This document shows, one piece after another, positions 38,065 to 50,922 of a DNA stretch of 64,000 nt. Within the stretch, counting starts at the first letter, position 1. Each line of letters begins with the position of its first letter. The stretch spans positions 9,857,775 to 9,921,774 of the forward strand of contig NC_057719.1 in the NCBI RefSeq assembly GCF_004010195.1, in the 5' to 3' direction. Origin of the DNA: Chiloscyllium plagiosum. Taxonomy: Eukaryota. Under the pieces are notes generated by a model. It did not search any database. It had not been told where the DNA came from and worked only from the letters and a program-made list of their open reading frames with translations. A program made the translations under genes and the position numbers.

Positions 38065-38371
38065 TAGATTACATTACATTGTGGAAACAGGCCCTTCGGC
38101 CCAACAAGTCCACACCGACCCGCCGAAGCGAAACCCACCCATACCCCTACATTTACCCCTTACCTAACACTATGGGCAATTTAGCATGGCCAATTCACCT
38201 GACCCTGCACATTTTTGGACTGTGGGAGGAAACCGGAGCACCCGGAGGAAACCCACGCAGACACGGGGAGAACGTGCAAACTCCACACAGTCAGTTGCCT
38301 GAGGCGGGAATTGAACCCGGGTCTCAGGCGCTGTGAGGCAGCAGTGCTAACCACTGTGCCACCGTGCCGCC
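38065..38371 (-). mobile_element. HE1-type SINE, young (CpG-rich)
   Basis: Complete head and tail with many CpGs retained. Confidence 0.92.
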
Positions 38372-39203
38372 AGTAATGCTGACACAGACTGGAGGAGAGC
38401 TTTCTTTGACTGATACCTTTATGACTTGAAATATCTGATATTTATTTAAAGAGTGTTTTTTTCCCCAAAGTCTGTGCGTTTACTTAAATGAGATTAGGAT
38501 ATATAAAGTTCACTGAATATCACCACCAACAAGTTACCTGTCAGGCCACAAACAATTGTACTTGGAGCTGCTGTATGCCATCAATCCTTGACAGTCACTG
38601 GAATTCCCTTCCAAACAGTACTGTAGGCACACCTGACCCTCATGAAATGCAACTGTTCAAGAAGGTAGCTCACCAACACCTTCTCAAGGACAATTAGAAG
38701 TAAGCACCAAAGTTTAGCCTTGCCAACGCAACTCACATCCCAGGAAAGAACAATGACAAAAAAAATGCTTCCACAAAAGTGAAGAAATCTCTATCAGTTA
38801 AACCTAAGTCACCAAGAACATAACACTGAGAGACCGAAGGCTATATATAAATATTTCTATTAATTCATGATCGTTAGCAGTGGTGTCAAGGCCAGCACAC
38901 TATTCTCATTTGTTACGTGGCTAAAGAAAGTGATGAGGAGCCACCTTCTCGAACTGCTTTGAATGCAGTGTAGGTACACCCACATGCTGTGAAGTTGGGA
39001 GCAAAAGGATAATGACCGAGGCTACAGCAAATGTGCCAGCAACACTAAGATCTGCAGACACTTGAACTAGCATTAGTATTAACACTAAACACACTGAAAC
39101 CGACTCCGCTAATGTATGCAGTATAAAATTTGTACATGCTGACACTTGCTACATTAGCACACACAGTATGAACTCTGATCACACTGAAATCTGGTTTGTT
39201 AAT

Positions 39204-39553
39204 TGTAGTGATTAGAATTAAGGTTGGCCAGGTGGATCTCATTGAGAAACAAAAACAGAAATGACTGGAAAAGCTCAGCAGGTCTGGCGGCATCTGTGGA
39301 GATAAATCAGAGTTAGCGTTTCAGGTTAAGTGACCTTTCCTAAGAACTGGATCTCTGACTATGAGTTTCCTGACTGGCGTTGCTAACCTGGGCCAATCAG
39401 GGAGCATTGGCTGACAGACATAAACAGCAGTCTCAGGTATTCTCCTCTCTCTAGGGACTGGCTCTGAATTAGCAGGTCAGAGCCCATGTAATGTGCACAT
39501 GTAAACAAAGGGTGACTTGGTGATGGGATATCGGCTTCCAGGGAGTTATTTCA
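39204..39553 (+). mobile_element. Probable solo LTR with a Penelope-derived arm inserted (about 39245-39347)
   Basis: TGtagtgatt...gagttatttCA with a CCAAT box and TATA-like cataaa. The insert is bounded by a repeated tggatctc. Confidence 0.55.
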
Positions 39554-39659
39554 TCTATAGACTTGTATTTTAATATTGTCTACTGCAAATTTTGGTTGTT
39601 AGAATTCTAATTTAAACATTCGGGTTTGTCTTTCTGTTTGGAGTTAAGAATTAGCTTTT

Positions 39660-39880
39660 AAAAACATTGCCAGGGTGGGATGGATCTTTGAGAATGCTGG
39701 CGGCCTTTCCTTGACAGCGGGCCTGGTAGGTGGATTCTATAGATGGGAGATTGGCCTTTGTGATTGTCTGGGTCAAATTCATCACTCTGTGTAACTGTCT
39801 CTGATCTTGAATGGTACAGTTGCCATACCAGGTAGTGATACATCAAGACAGAATGCTCTAGATGGTGCGCCTATAAAAAC
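39660..39880 (-). mobile_element. Rex1/Babar fragment
   Basis: Reverse complement of about 36790-36985. Confidence 0.85.
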
Positions 39881-39884
39881 TGCA

Positions 39885-40725
39885 AAGAGGAACCTCAATT
39901 ATCCAAATATCAATTATCCGAATATCGGGTTATCCAAAAGAGATTTTGAGGTCCCGATAGAAACATTAGATCAAAGAGGTGTTTCCAACACTGATTGCAT
40001 CTTTTGTTTACAATGATTAAAAGTGAACTCGGCTTACTGAAATGCTGCCAAGAACAGTTCTGGAAATCAATGTGAGATCAGGCACCATCTCCAAATGACT
40101 GACTGCCTGCCCTCTCTGTCTCTCTCCCCACACTTTCTCTGGAGTTTTACACGAGGGTGTACCCTCAACACCCCTTCCCTAGATAATCTCTCCAACATTG
40201 TCCTGTACAGAGCAAAGGTGGAACCTGTCAAAAATGTGTGTGCGCGCGCACGCTATTTGGAGACTCAACTCCCCCCAAAAGGTAGCAGCAGTCTTACTGT
40301 TAGTGTCCAGTTTGGCTACCTCGGGGGAGGGGGTGTGTGGGCGGATAGTGGGACGGGTTTGAGGGGGTCAGACGGAGAGGCGGAGGTTGGGGCCCACGGG
40401 GGACGGGGGCTCGCACGCGGTGTGCTTCTGCCAAGTCTCTTGAATGGGGAGCAGACTTTAGCAAGTGCTCGGTGTTTCACTCCCATTGAACTGATTGGGG
40501 AGGAGAGGAATCTTCAGCAATGCTGCAGGTCCTTTACACAAGTGTGTCTGTGCAGAAACAAACCCTGAGACAGAGAGAGTGAGCAGGGCAGGCGGAGCGA
40601 GGAAAAAGGAAACTTCCGAAAACTCCAAGCCCCAGAGGGGAGGCATTGAATCAATTAACCGAATAATCAATTATCCAAATGAAATAGTGCCCGCCCATTT
40701 CATTCAGATAATCGAGGTTCCTCTG
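39885..40725. mobile_element. Non-autonomous Tigger/pogo-like DNA transposon (MITE)
   Basis: TIRs agaggaacctcaattatccaaa / ttcagataatcgaggttcctctg, with TA following on the right. Subterminal (a)attatccgaa repeats at both ends. No transposase ORF. Confidence 0.75.
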
Positions 40726-40929
40726 TATGTGCAAGTGAGAGAAAGTTAACAGAAATACTGAGGAGCTACCCAGAGGGGGACAACATTTCAGATTCTGACT
40801 TCTAATTTCAGTCTGTGCTGGGAAGTGACTTAGGAGAGAAAGAAGTATTTAGCTGCTCACCTACATTGTTAATGAGCACAGTATAAACTCTGAACATATT
40901 ACTGCCTTTTCACTAAGGGGTGGGCGATT

Positions 40930-41205
40930 TCATGACTGTGCGGCATATTTTAAGGTGAGACGTGAATGAAAGAATCAAGGTTCAATTTTTTTTTACACAG
41001 AGTGGTTCGTATGTGGAATGAACTTCCAGAGGAAGTGGTGGATGTGGATACAGTTACATTTAAACGACATTTAGATATGGACACAAACAAAAAAATGTTT
41101 GGAGGGATATGGGCAGATGCAGGCAGGCGGGACTAGTTCAGGTTGGGAACATGGTTGGCATGGACTGGGTGGACCAAAAGGTCTGCTGTTGCACTGTCTG
41201 ACTCT
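40930..41205 (+). mobile_element. CR1 3' fragment
   Basis: tttacacagagtggttcgtatgtggaatgaacttccagaggaagtggtg...tgactcta. Confidence 0.75.
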
Positions 41206-41254
41206 ATATTGAAAGTGACCCTATTTATGTAGAAAATCTGAACAAACTAAAATC

Positions 41255-41468
41255 AACACTGTTAACATATGAAGTACAAAATGAATGTACTGAAACCTGT
41301 TAAGGTTTACAGTATAAACTCTGAGCATATTGAAACTTACTTTGTTAATGTACAGAATATAAAATCAGAACATACTGAAAACTACTGCTTACGTACACAG
41401 AATAAACTCCTATGCTATTACCTACTCCGTCAATGTGTACAGCATAAACTCTGAACATACTAAAAACC
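41255..41468 (+). repeat. Degenerate ~44-bp tandem repeat (4-5 units)
   Basis: Recurring tgttaa..tacagtataaactctgaacatactgaaa. Related units at about 40867-40903 and 39105-39190. Confidence 0.65.
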
Positions 41469-41702
41469 AGTCAGTGTGATTGCAAAGTTAATTCTTCTGT
41501 AATGGCTGCACTGGGAAAACTGTAACTATATTATGAATTAATTCCAGTTTTTGCCTACTGCTGCTGTTTCTACAAGTCTTCGTCCACAGGTTCCATTTTT
41601 GCTCACAGATTGTGCCTTTCACTTGATGATCCATGTTGGAACCAGGTAAGCCATTCACCAGGAAGACAAAAGTCACCTCACCATCTAGTCTTTACTTACA
41701 AA

Positions 41703-42041
41703 GCACAGAATCCTTACAGTGTGGAAGCAGGCCATTCGGCCCATTGAGTCCACACCAACACTCCCACCCAGACCCACTCCCTTATCCTTCTAACTCTGCA
41801 TTCTCCACGGTTAATTCACCTAACCAGCACATCCCTGGACACTTTGGGCAAAATTAGAGTGGCTACCCACCTAACATGCACATCTTTGGACTATGGGAGG
41901 AAAACAGAGCCCCTAGAGGAAACCCGCATAGAATGGGGAGAATGTGCAAACTCCACACAGACAGTTGCTCAAAGATGGAATCAAACTCGAGTCCCTTGTT
42001 CTGTGAGGCAGCAGTGCTAACCACTCATCCACCCTGCCACC
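41703..42041 (-). mobile_element. HE1-type SINE
   Basis: Tail cagaatccttacagtgtggaa to head gcagtgctaaccact. Confidence 0.85.
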
Positions 42042-42189
42042 CACACTATTGGCTGTCCAATGACCCAGTCAGTCAGATCACAAATAATACCTTTTGCAGA
42101 CTTGCCCCGTCTAATGGACTTTGCATTTGCATTTGCATAATTAGACCATGAGCTGGGGGTGGCAACGAGTAGTAATAATGTGTTCAACT

Positions 42190-43000
42190 GGAATAATTGG
42201 ACCCTGTGGCAGTTCCAGCAGATTGGAAAACAGCAAATTTGACGCCACTGTTTAAAAAGGGAGGTAGACAAAAAATGGGGAATTATAGACCAGTTAGTTT
42301 AACTTCTGTAGTGGGGAAATGCTTGAGTCTATTAACAAGGAAGGAATAGCAAGACATCTAGATAAAAATTGTCCCATTGGGCAGATGCAACATGGGTTCA
42401 TGAAGGGCAGGTCATGCTTAACTAATCTTTTGAAATTCTATGGAGACAATACGAACACGGTGGACAATGGGGACCCAGTAGATGTGGTGTACCTGGATTT
42501 CCAAAAGACATTTGACAAGGTACTGCACGAAAGGCTGCTGTATAAGATAAAGATAAGGGCAATGTATTAGCATGGATAGAGAATTGGTTAACCAACAGGG
42601 AGCGAAGAGTGGGGATAACTGAGTGCTATTCTGGTTGGCGATCAGTGACTAGTGGTGTGCCTCAGAGGATGTGTCCACTGGCAGGTGAAACTAGGACAAG
42701 AAGACACAGCCTCAAAATTAGGGGGAGCAGATTTAGGACTGAGTTGAGAAGGAACTACTTCACTCAGTGAGTTGTGAATCTATGGAATTCCCTGTTCAGA
42801 GAAGTGGTTGAGGCTTCCTCAGGAAACATTTTTAAAGCTAAGACAGATCATTTTTGAACAGTAAAGGAATTAAGGGTTATCGTGAGAGGGTGGGTTAGTG
42901 GAGCTGAGACTACAGAAAGCTCAGCCATGATCTTATAGAATGACAGAGCGGGCTCGAAGGGCCAGATGGCCTACTCCTGCTCCTAGTTCTTAAGCTCTAT
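42190..43000 (+). mobile_element. CR1 ORF2 fragment with a large internal deletion near 42667
   Basis: QHGFMKGRSCLTNLL, VVYLDFQKTFDKV and SGVPQ are joined directly to the TRTRRHSLKIRG C-terminus. Confidence 0.85.
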
Positions 43001-43663
43001 ATTCTAAGCTGAGAAATTACCCTGGATACGAATACCAAAGTGCCATAGCAAACCGATAAAGATTACATAATGCAATACTTCTTGTCAATGTCTTTCCATC
43101 CAAGGAGATAACTGATATGAATGACACCCTGCCCATTCTTGGTTGTGGTTTTGGAACAACACACTCTGATAATGATTGCCCCTCCAAGGGAAATTGTAAA
43201 TCCAGAGGATGCAGGAAGGAGTACTTCTCCCTCAAATAGGGAGTTATCATCAGCCCAAATTACACTCATCAAAACAGAGAAACATTGAGGATTGGAGCAG
43301 GAGTAGGCCATCTGGCCCTGCTCCACAGGATCATGGCTGATTTATCCTGCTCAGTCCTCTATTCCTGCCTTATCCGTATACCCTTCAGTGATATCTATTT
43401 TTTTCCCAAAAACATTCAATGTTTTGGCCTTAACTGTTTTCTGTGATACAGAATTCCATAGGCTCAGCATTCTCTGGGTGAAAGAAATCTTTCCTCATTT
43501 CAGTCCTAAATGGCCTATCCCAAAGTCTGAGAATCTTGTGCCTAGTCAGCTGTAGAACAGTATTCACAGAGGCCTGAGAGAAAATGTCCTGATGATTTGA
43601 TTTAGGTATGGAAGAAATGGGTTCGCAAGGAACGGGAACAGTTTGCTGTGAGAATTTAGGATG

Positions 43664-44320
43664 AATCACAGAATCCCTACAGTGTGGAAGCAAGCCATTT
43701 GGCAAATCAAGTCCACATCAACACTCCAAAGAGCACCCCATCCAGATCCACCCCCTACCTTATCCCTGTACCTCTGCATATCCTATGGTTAACCCAACCA
43801 GGATGCACATCCCGGGACACTATGGGTACCTTAGCATGGCCAATCGACCTAACTTGCGCATCTTTGGATTGTGGGGAGGAAGCCCACGCAGACATGGGGA
43901 GAGCACGCAAATGCCACCTGCAAACATGGGTGGCACAGTGGCTCAGTGGTTAGCACTGCTGCCTCACAGCGCCAGAGACCTGGTTCGATCCCAACCTTGG
44001 GAGACTGTGTGGTGTTTGTACTTTTTTCCCATGTCTGTGTGGGTTTCCTTCAGGTGCTCCGGTTTCCTCCCACAATCCAAAGACGTGCAGGCCAGATGCA
44101 CTTGCCATGCTAGATTGCCCATAGTGTTAGTACATTAGTCAGGGGCAAATGTAGGGGATTGGGTTGCTCTTCAGGGGGTCAGTGTGGACTTGTTGGGCCA
44201 AAGGGCCTATTTCTATACTGGAGGGAATCTAACATAAATAAAAAAGACAGTCACCCGAAGGTGGAATCAAACATAAATCCTTGGAACTGTGAGGCAGGAG
44301 TGCTCGCTACTGAACTGCCC
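43664..44320. mobile_element. HE1 SINE (+, 43928-44232) nested in an opposite-orientation HE1 SINE
   Basis: Minus-strand tail and body at 43664-43920, a complete plus-strand copy, then the minus-strand head at 44245-44320. Confidence 0.85.
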
Positions 44321-46027
44321 TAGGAACAAGTTATTTCTTAAAGAATTCACTGCCTGTTGATGCCTAACAGCATACCAACAATGCATTGAAACAGACCTGC
44401 ACTTAAAGAACTGCAAGAAATACAATGACCATTAATATTTCACTGCCTGTACATAATAAGTTTCGTTATAAATCCTCTGGTTCATTTGAAAGTTAGTTTG
44501 ATTTGTGCTGATTTATGGGACAACAGCCAGTCTGCATATACTAAAAAAAATTAAGACTATTCTTTATTCTGTCAGGTTTAATGCCCCATGTAAGTCAAAT
44601 TCTCAACAAAATTATTGTCCGTGCTTTCCTTGACTAGTGCTTATTCATAGCAATATGATTTATAGATCACGTTTAATATGATACAATAGGATCATTGTAA
44701 TGATTCACATCAATGACAACAACTGATAAAATGCCAGATTAACCTCAAATATGTTCTTGCTATATCCATGCAGCTGGAATCAATGATTTACAAATACATA
44801 ATGCATATGTACTTCTAATTACAAACAGTACAACAACTTGTACCAATACAGCACCTTTGACATGATAAAGCCTCACTGTGTGCTTCTCAAGTGCATTACA
44901 ACACAAAACTATGACACTGAGCTATTCATGAAGATGTGGGCCAGAAATTCAGTTCCAAGACAAGTCTTAAAATCTATAAATTCACACGATAGCTACTGGA
45001 CGAATCAACACCATGTTTTACAATTGTATGTTGATCTGAGTTTGATGAGTTTTGCAATCACACTTCAAGCCACTATCCTATCTTGTTTTAATTTTGGCAG
45101 GCTGCATGTACAGGAGAGGAGACTGGTTCAGACTGGTTCCTCTTGGTTCTGACACAGGGCTTCCCGAAGGAGGGGACTGGAAGCAGGAGTCGGGTTGCAA
45201 GCTGAAATTTCAGGGTTGGAAGCTTTGAGGCTGCGATGGCCATGGAGCTCTGACAGAGTTATAGCCAAGTTATAAATCGCTGGTGTCACATTCTTCCACC
45301 CACCACTGCCCCCAATTCTTCCTCTACCTTTAAACTCTTACACTTCTCATGACAATCTTCAAGTCTCAGATTGATGCTGCCGTGGGTATTATATGCTTAA
45401 CGGATGCAGAATCACAGGACTATTACCGTGCAGCAGGAGGCCAGTTTGCCCATTGTGTTTGCACTGGCTCTCTAAATGGGAACTACGACTTAGTCCAACT
45501 CATCTGCTTTTTCCCGATGACCTTGCACCTTATTTAAATGAAAACAATCATCGAATTCCCTCTTGAATGTCTCGACTGAACCACCTCCATCACATTTCCC
45601 GGTCGTGCTTTCCATACCCGACCGACCCATTCTGCGCAAAACAGATTTTTCTTACGTCGTGTCCACTTCTGTTGCAAAAATAATTATAAATTTGCGCACC
45701 CTCATTTCTGTTCCTTTAATGAGTGGGAACAGTTTCTTCTCGCTTACTCTATCCAATCCCTTAGTGATTGTGAAAATGTCTACTCGATGCTAAGCCTTCT
45801 TGTCTCCAAGATGAAATAGTCCCAACCTCTCCAACCTATTCTCGTAAATTACATACCTCCTTATGTCCCCTTCATAATTGACTATATAATCAAAGCCCAC
45901 CGCTGCATCCCCCCACCAATACCACAACCATCACCTCCTGCTGCTCTTACCACTGTCCACAGTCCAGCCTCTCCTACAACGGCTTGGAATTAATTGTTAT
46001 GAGTCTGTGAAATCTTCAGATTTCATG

Positions 46028-46510
46028 CTACGCACAAATGTCTGTAAAGGTAGAGTTAATGTTCTGGGTTCAGTTGCCCTTCTTCAGAACTGACTGTAGC
46101 TATGTAAAGGGTCGGTATATGCGCTAAACATGGGGCTGGGGAATGGTGGGAGTGGTAACTGATAGGTGGAGATAAAGCCCAGAGAGAGAGATAAACATTT
46201 GGACATAGGTATGCGTGAAGGTCAACTGCGGGGGGTATCAATAGCTGCCAATGGTGACCATTAGTTGCTGACAATGGGATGGTTGTGATATCAACTCATG
46301 TGATGACAAGGGGTTGGGGTAAGGAGAGGCAAGGAGGTTATTGGAAAGACTCTATTCCATTCTCCCAGTTTCTGCATCTCTGTCGCATCTGTTCCGACAA
46401 AACCACCTGAAATGTTAACTCTGCTTTCTCTTGGTTACTGCCAGATCTGCTGAGTTTTCCCAGCAACCTTTGCTTTTGTTTCTGGTTTCCAGCATCCACA
46501 ATTCTTTGGG
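46028..46510. mobile_element. Penelope-like element remnant (family D termini, inverted) containing a short RT fragment
   Basis: 46345-46407 (+) translates KDSIPFSQFLHLCRICSDKTT, resembling the Penelope RT SIPYSQFLRLRRICS motif. It is flanked by inverted agagttaatgtt / aatgttaactct termini. Confidence 0.75.
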
Positions 46511-47140
46511 ATTTTTATCCATATAGCAGAAGGTTTGACTACTCCCATTGTGAAAAGGTTAGCTGTCTTTTTATATCGTAAGGTCATTAGAAATAGAAGC
46601 AGGAATAGGCTATTCAGCTGAGTCTGCTCCACGGTATGGTCACAGATGATCCAACCGTGCCCACAAGTCTGCTTTCCTGTTTGACTAGCAGAACCATTGA
46701 TTCCATTGTCACTTGTAGCCTTGAATATATTGATTTGCTCTTTGAAGAACGGAATTCCATGGACTAACATCTCTTAACCAAAAAAGAAATCCTTCTGGTT
46801 TGTGTCTTAAGTAGGGGAGCCTGTATTTTTAATGGTGTCCCAAATTATAAATTCCCATGAGAAGGAACTTCCTCTCTTGAATCCACACTGGAAGCTTGTA
46901 TCTCAGAATCTTTGTATATTTCAATGAGATTATTTCTTATTTTTCTTAACTCTAATGAGCGTAGAATCATACTACTCAACCATTACTTCACAAAGCAATC
47001 GATAAACTATTTTGGCAACGCCAAAACTGCATATTTTCAGCTTGACTTCTGTTGATCTTTCCTTCTTAGTCAATGCACTCGAGGGGAGGATCAGCATTTA
47101 CAAATAATTGAGACTGCAGCGCTGCACTATTTAAATGATG

Positions 47141-47398
47141 TTTTAAAAATCGCACAACACCAGGTTGCAGTCTAACAGGTTTACTTGGAAGCACTAGCTT
47201 TTGGAGCGCTGCTCCTTCATCACGTAGCTGTGGAGCAGGATCATAAAACACAGCTCCTGCACCTGCTCCACAGTTACCTGATGAAATGGGAAGTGCTCCG
47301 AAAGCTAGTGCTTCCAAATAAACCTGTTGGACTGTTACCTGGTGTTATGTGATTTTTAACTTTGTCCACCCCAGTCCAACACTGACACCTTCACAGGA
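47141..47398. mobile_element. Palindromic Penelope-derived element (family B)
   Basis: Arms of about 95 bp, core CTGATGA(47278)...GAAAGCTA(47300-47307), TSD tatttaaatgatg (47128-47140) / tatttgaatgatg (47399-47411). Confidence 0.85.
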
Positions 47399-47501
47399 TA
47401 TTTGAATGATGAGGATATTCTCTAAGACCTGTTTTAATTTTTAACAAAATAAAATTTATGTTCTCGACAACTACTTTAAATTAATATTCTACCTTTCTAA
47501 C

Positions 47502-47839
47502 CACGGCACGGTGGCACAGTGGGCGGCACGGTGGCACAGTGGTTAGCACTGCGGCCTCGCAGCGTCAGAGACCCGGGTTCAGTTCCCGCCTCAGGAGACT
47601 GACTGTGTGGAGTTTGCACATTCTCCCCGTGTCTGCATGGGTTTCCTCCGGGTGCTCCGGTTTCCTCCCACAGTCCAAAGATGTGCAGGTCAGGTGAATT
47701 GGCCATGCTAAATTGCCCGTAGTGTTAGGTGAAGGGGTAAATGTAGGGGTATGGGTGGGTTACGCTTCGGCGGGTCGGTGTGGACTTGTTGGGCCGAAGG
47801 GCCTGTTTCCACACTGTAAAGTAATCTAATCTAATCTAA
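47502..47839 (+). mobile_element. HE1-type SINE, young, with duplicated 5' end
   Basis: cggcacggtggcacagtgg occurs twice in tandem. (tctaa)n tail. Confidence 0.92.
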
Positions 47840-48214
47840 ACACTTTTCTCGACTGCCGTGTTCTTCACACCTTTCTTATGATCCTTTCTCCTTAACCCTG
47901 GCAGAAACTCTTTTCTCTCCTCTGTAAATATATCCATATGTTTATGGCAGACACAGAAGATACTAAAAGTAGATTGAAGTTGTTTTGGGTATTAACTTGA
48001 AGTTAGTATTGTGAAGCCCTGATCACTGAAAGGTGGCACGGTGGCTCAGTGGTTAGCACTGCTATCTCACAGCACCTGGGTCCCAGGTTCATTTCCAGCC
48101 TCGGGCGACTGGACCAAGCTCCATCTCCGGGCCATTCACTCACTGTCACTGCACTCACTTATGAGCCAACTTGGATGCCCACAGCTTTTGTGTCTTCACT
48201 GCATTAACTATTTG

Positions 48215-49862
48215 AACATAGAATATAGAGCATTACAGTACAGTACAGCCCCTTTGGCCCTCAAAATTAATCTGAAGCCGATCTAACCTACACCATTCCA
48301 TTATGATCCATACGTACGTCCAATGCCCATCTTAATCCCTTTAATGCCGCCGAGTCTACTACTATTGCAGGCAGGCTGTTCCACGTTCCCTACTACTCTG
48401 AGTAAAGAAACTACCCTGAAACCTGTCTGAAATCTATCACCCTCTACTTAAAGCTATGTCCCCTCGTGTTTATTAGATTCCTTGCAGTGTGGAAACAGGT
48501 CCTTCGGCCCAACCAGTCCACACTGACCCTCCGAAGAGTAACCCACCCAGACCCATTTCCCTCCAACTAATGCACCTAGCACTATGGGCAATTTAGCATG
48601 GCCAATTCACCTAACCTGCACATCTTTTGACTGTGGGAGTCACACTCTGCCCCCGGAATAAACCCACACAGACACGGGGAGAATGTACAAACTCCACACA
48701 GACAGGTGGCCAGAGGCTGGAATTGAACCTGGGACCCTGGTGCTGTGAGGCAGCAGTGCTAACCACTGAGCCACTGTGCTGTCCTGTGTTAGCTTTCACC
48801 ATCCTAGGAAAAAGGCTCTCATGGTCCACCCTATCTAAGCCTCTGATTATGTTGTACGTCTCAATTAAATCACCTCTCAACCTTTTTCTCTCAAACAAAA
48901 ACGGCCTCAGTTCCCTCAGCCTTTCCTTGTAAGACCTTCCTTCCAAACCAGACAACATCCTAGTAAATCTTCTCTGAACCCTTTCCAAAGCTTCCACATC
49001 CTTCCTAAAATGTGGTGACCAGAACTGCATGCAGTACTCCAGGTGCAGCCACACCAGTGTCTTGTACGGCTGAAGCATGACCTTGTGGCTCCAAAACTCA
49101 ATCCCTCTGCCAATAAATGCCAACACAATATATGCCTTCTGAACAACTCTATCAATCTGGGTGGCAATTTTCAGGGATTTATGCACTGGACACCGAGATC
49201 TCTCTGCTCACATACACTGCCAAGAGTTTTACCATTGGCCAATACTCTGCATGCCTGTTACTTATTCCGAAGTGAACTACCTCACACTTTTCTGCATTAA
49301 ACTCCATTTGCCACTTCTCAGCACAGCTCTGCATCTTACCTATGTCCCTCTGTAATCCACAATATAGATTAGATTATTTACAGTGTGGAAACAGGCTCTT
49401 CGGCCCAACAAGTCCAAACCAACCCGCCGAAGCGCACCTACCCAGACCCATTTCCCGACATTTAGCCCTTCACCTAACACTACAGGCAATTTAGCATGGC
49501 CAATTCACCTAACCTGCACATTTTTGGACTGTGGGAGGAAACCGGAGCACCCGGAGGAAACCCACGCAGACACGGAGAGAATGTGCAAATTCCACACAGT
49601 CGCCTGAGGCGGGAATTGAACCCGGGTCTCTGGCGCTGTGAGGCAGAAGTGCTAACCACTGTGCCGCCCATATCCTTCAGCACTATCCACAACTCTGCCT
49701 ACCTTAGTGTCATCCACAAATTTACTAATCCATCCTTCTCTGCCCACCTCCAGATCATTTATAAAAATGACAAACAGCAGTGGCCCCAAAACAGATCCTT
49801 GCGGCACACGACTGCTAACTGAGCTCCAGGATGAACATTTCCTATCAACCACCACCCTCTGT
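48215..49862 (-). mobile_element. CR1 3' portion carrying two HE1 insertions (48472-48780, 49365-49669)
   Basis: Minus ORFs VPQGSVLGPLLFVIFINDL...KFVDDTK and HLEYCMQFWSP are interrupted by HE1 sequence. Confidence 0.9.
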
Positions 49863-50464
49863 TGCTGCCAAACCTGCTGGATTTCTCCAGAAATTTCTGT
49901 TTTTGTTTGTTTCGGATCTCCAGCATTTCTTTGTTTTATTTTAAGAGTCCATTATAAACTGATAGGCAGCTTACCTTGTGGTATCTGCTAACCCTTTAGG
50001 TATTAACTGGCTTAGATTAAATGAATTTTACAGTACACCAGGTTGCCATTCGACCCATTGTGTCTTTACTGGCTCACGAAAGAGCGACCTAGCTAGTCCC
50101 ACCCTCCAGCCTTATCTCCTTATGCCTCTAAATTTATCACTTTCAAGTAGGTACCCTTGTACAACTTACTTATACAACAAGCACCACTTTCTCAAGGGCA
50201 ATTCGGGATGAGCAGTAAATGCTGGCTGAATCAGCAATGCCACATCCTGTGAATGAGCTAAAAACGAAAGGGTGGAGTGTGCCTAACTTCGCAAAGTTGA
50301 CACTGAGGAGAAAAATTTTCTTTCAAAAGACACATACTTCATGTTGGCGAAAGAGATCAAAATGAAATTTTAGGGCAGACACAAGTTCAAAAGCAGAAAA
50401 CAAAGTTCAGTAGCATCATGGTAATAGACTTGTTTGCAAAGTTGAAAGGAGGCAGAAAAGACTG

Positions 50465-50922
50465 ACAAGGTTGTTGCCAGGGTTGGAGGATTTGAGCTAC
50501 AGGGAGAGGCTGAATAGGCTAGGGCTGTTTTCCCTGGAGCATCAGAGGCTGAGGGATGACCTTATAGTGGTTTATAAAATCATGAGGGGCATAGATAGAA
50601 TAAATTGACAAGGTCTTTTCCCTGGGGTGGGGGAGTCCAGAACTAGATGGCATAGGTTTAAGGTGAGAGGTGAAAGATTTAAAAGGGACCTAAGGGGCAA
50701 CTTTTTCATGCAGAGGGTGGAATGAACTGCCAGAGGAAGTGGTGGAGGCTGGTAGAATTGCAACATTTAAAAGGCATCTGGATGGGTATATGAATAGGAA
50801 GGGTTTGGAGGGATATGGGCCAAACACAGGCAAATGGGACAGATTAATTTAGGTATGGTTAGCATGGACGAGTTGGTATGAAAGGTGTGTTTCCGTGTGG
50901 TACATCTCTATGACTCTATGAC
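50465..50922 (+). mobile_element. CR1 3' fragment
   Basis: Same subfamily as 30378-31282, with a ctctatgactctatgac tail. Confidence 0.88.

Noticed and set aside
40095..40568. 157-aa ORF in the MITE as a transposase
   Set aside because: It has no HTH or DDE motifs and is a GC-rich chance frame.
41255..41468. CRISPR-like array
   Set aside because: The units are degenerate tandem copies without unique spacers, the context is eukaryotic, and there are no cas genes.
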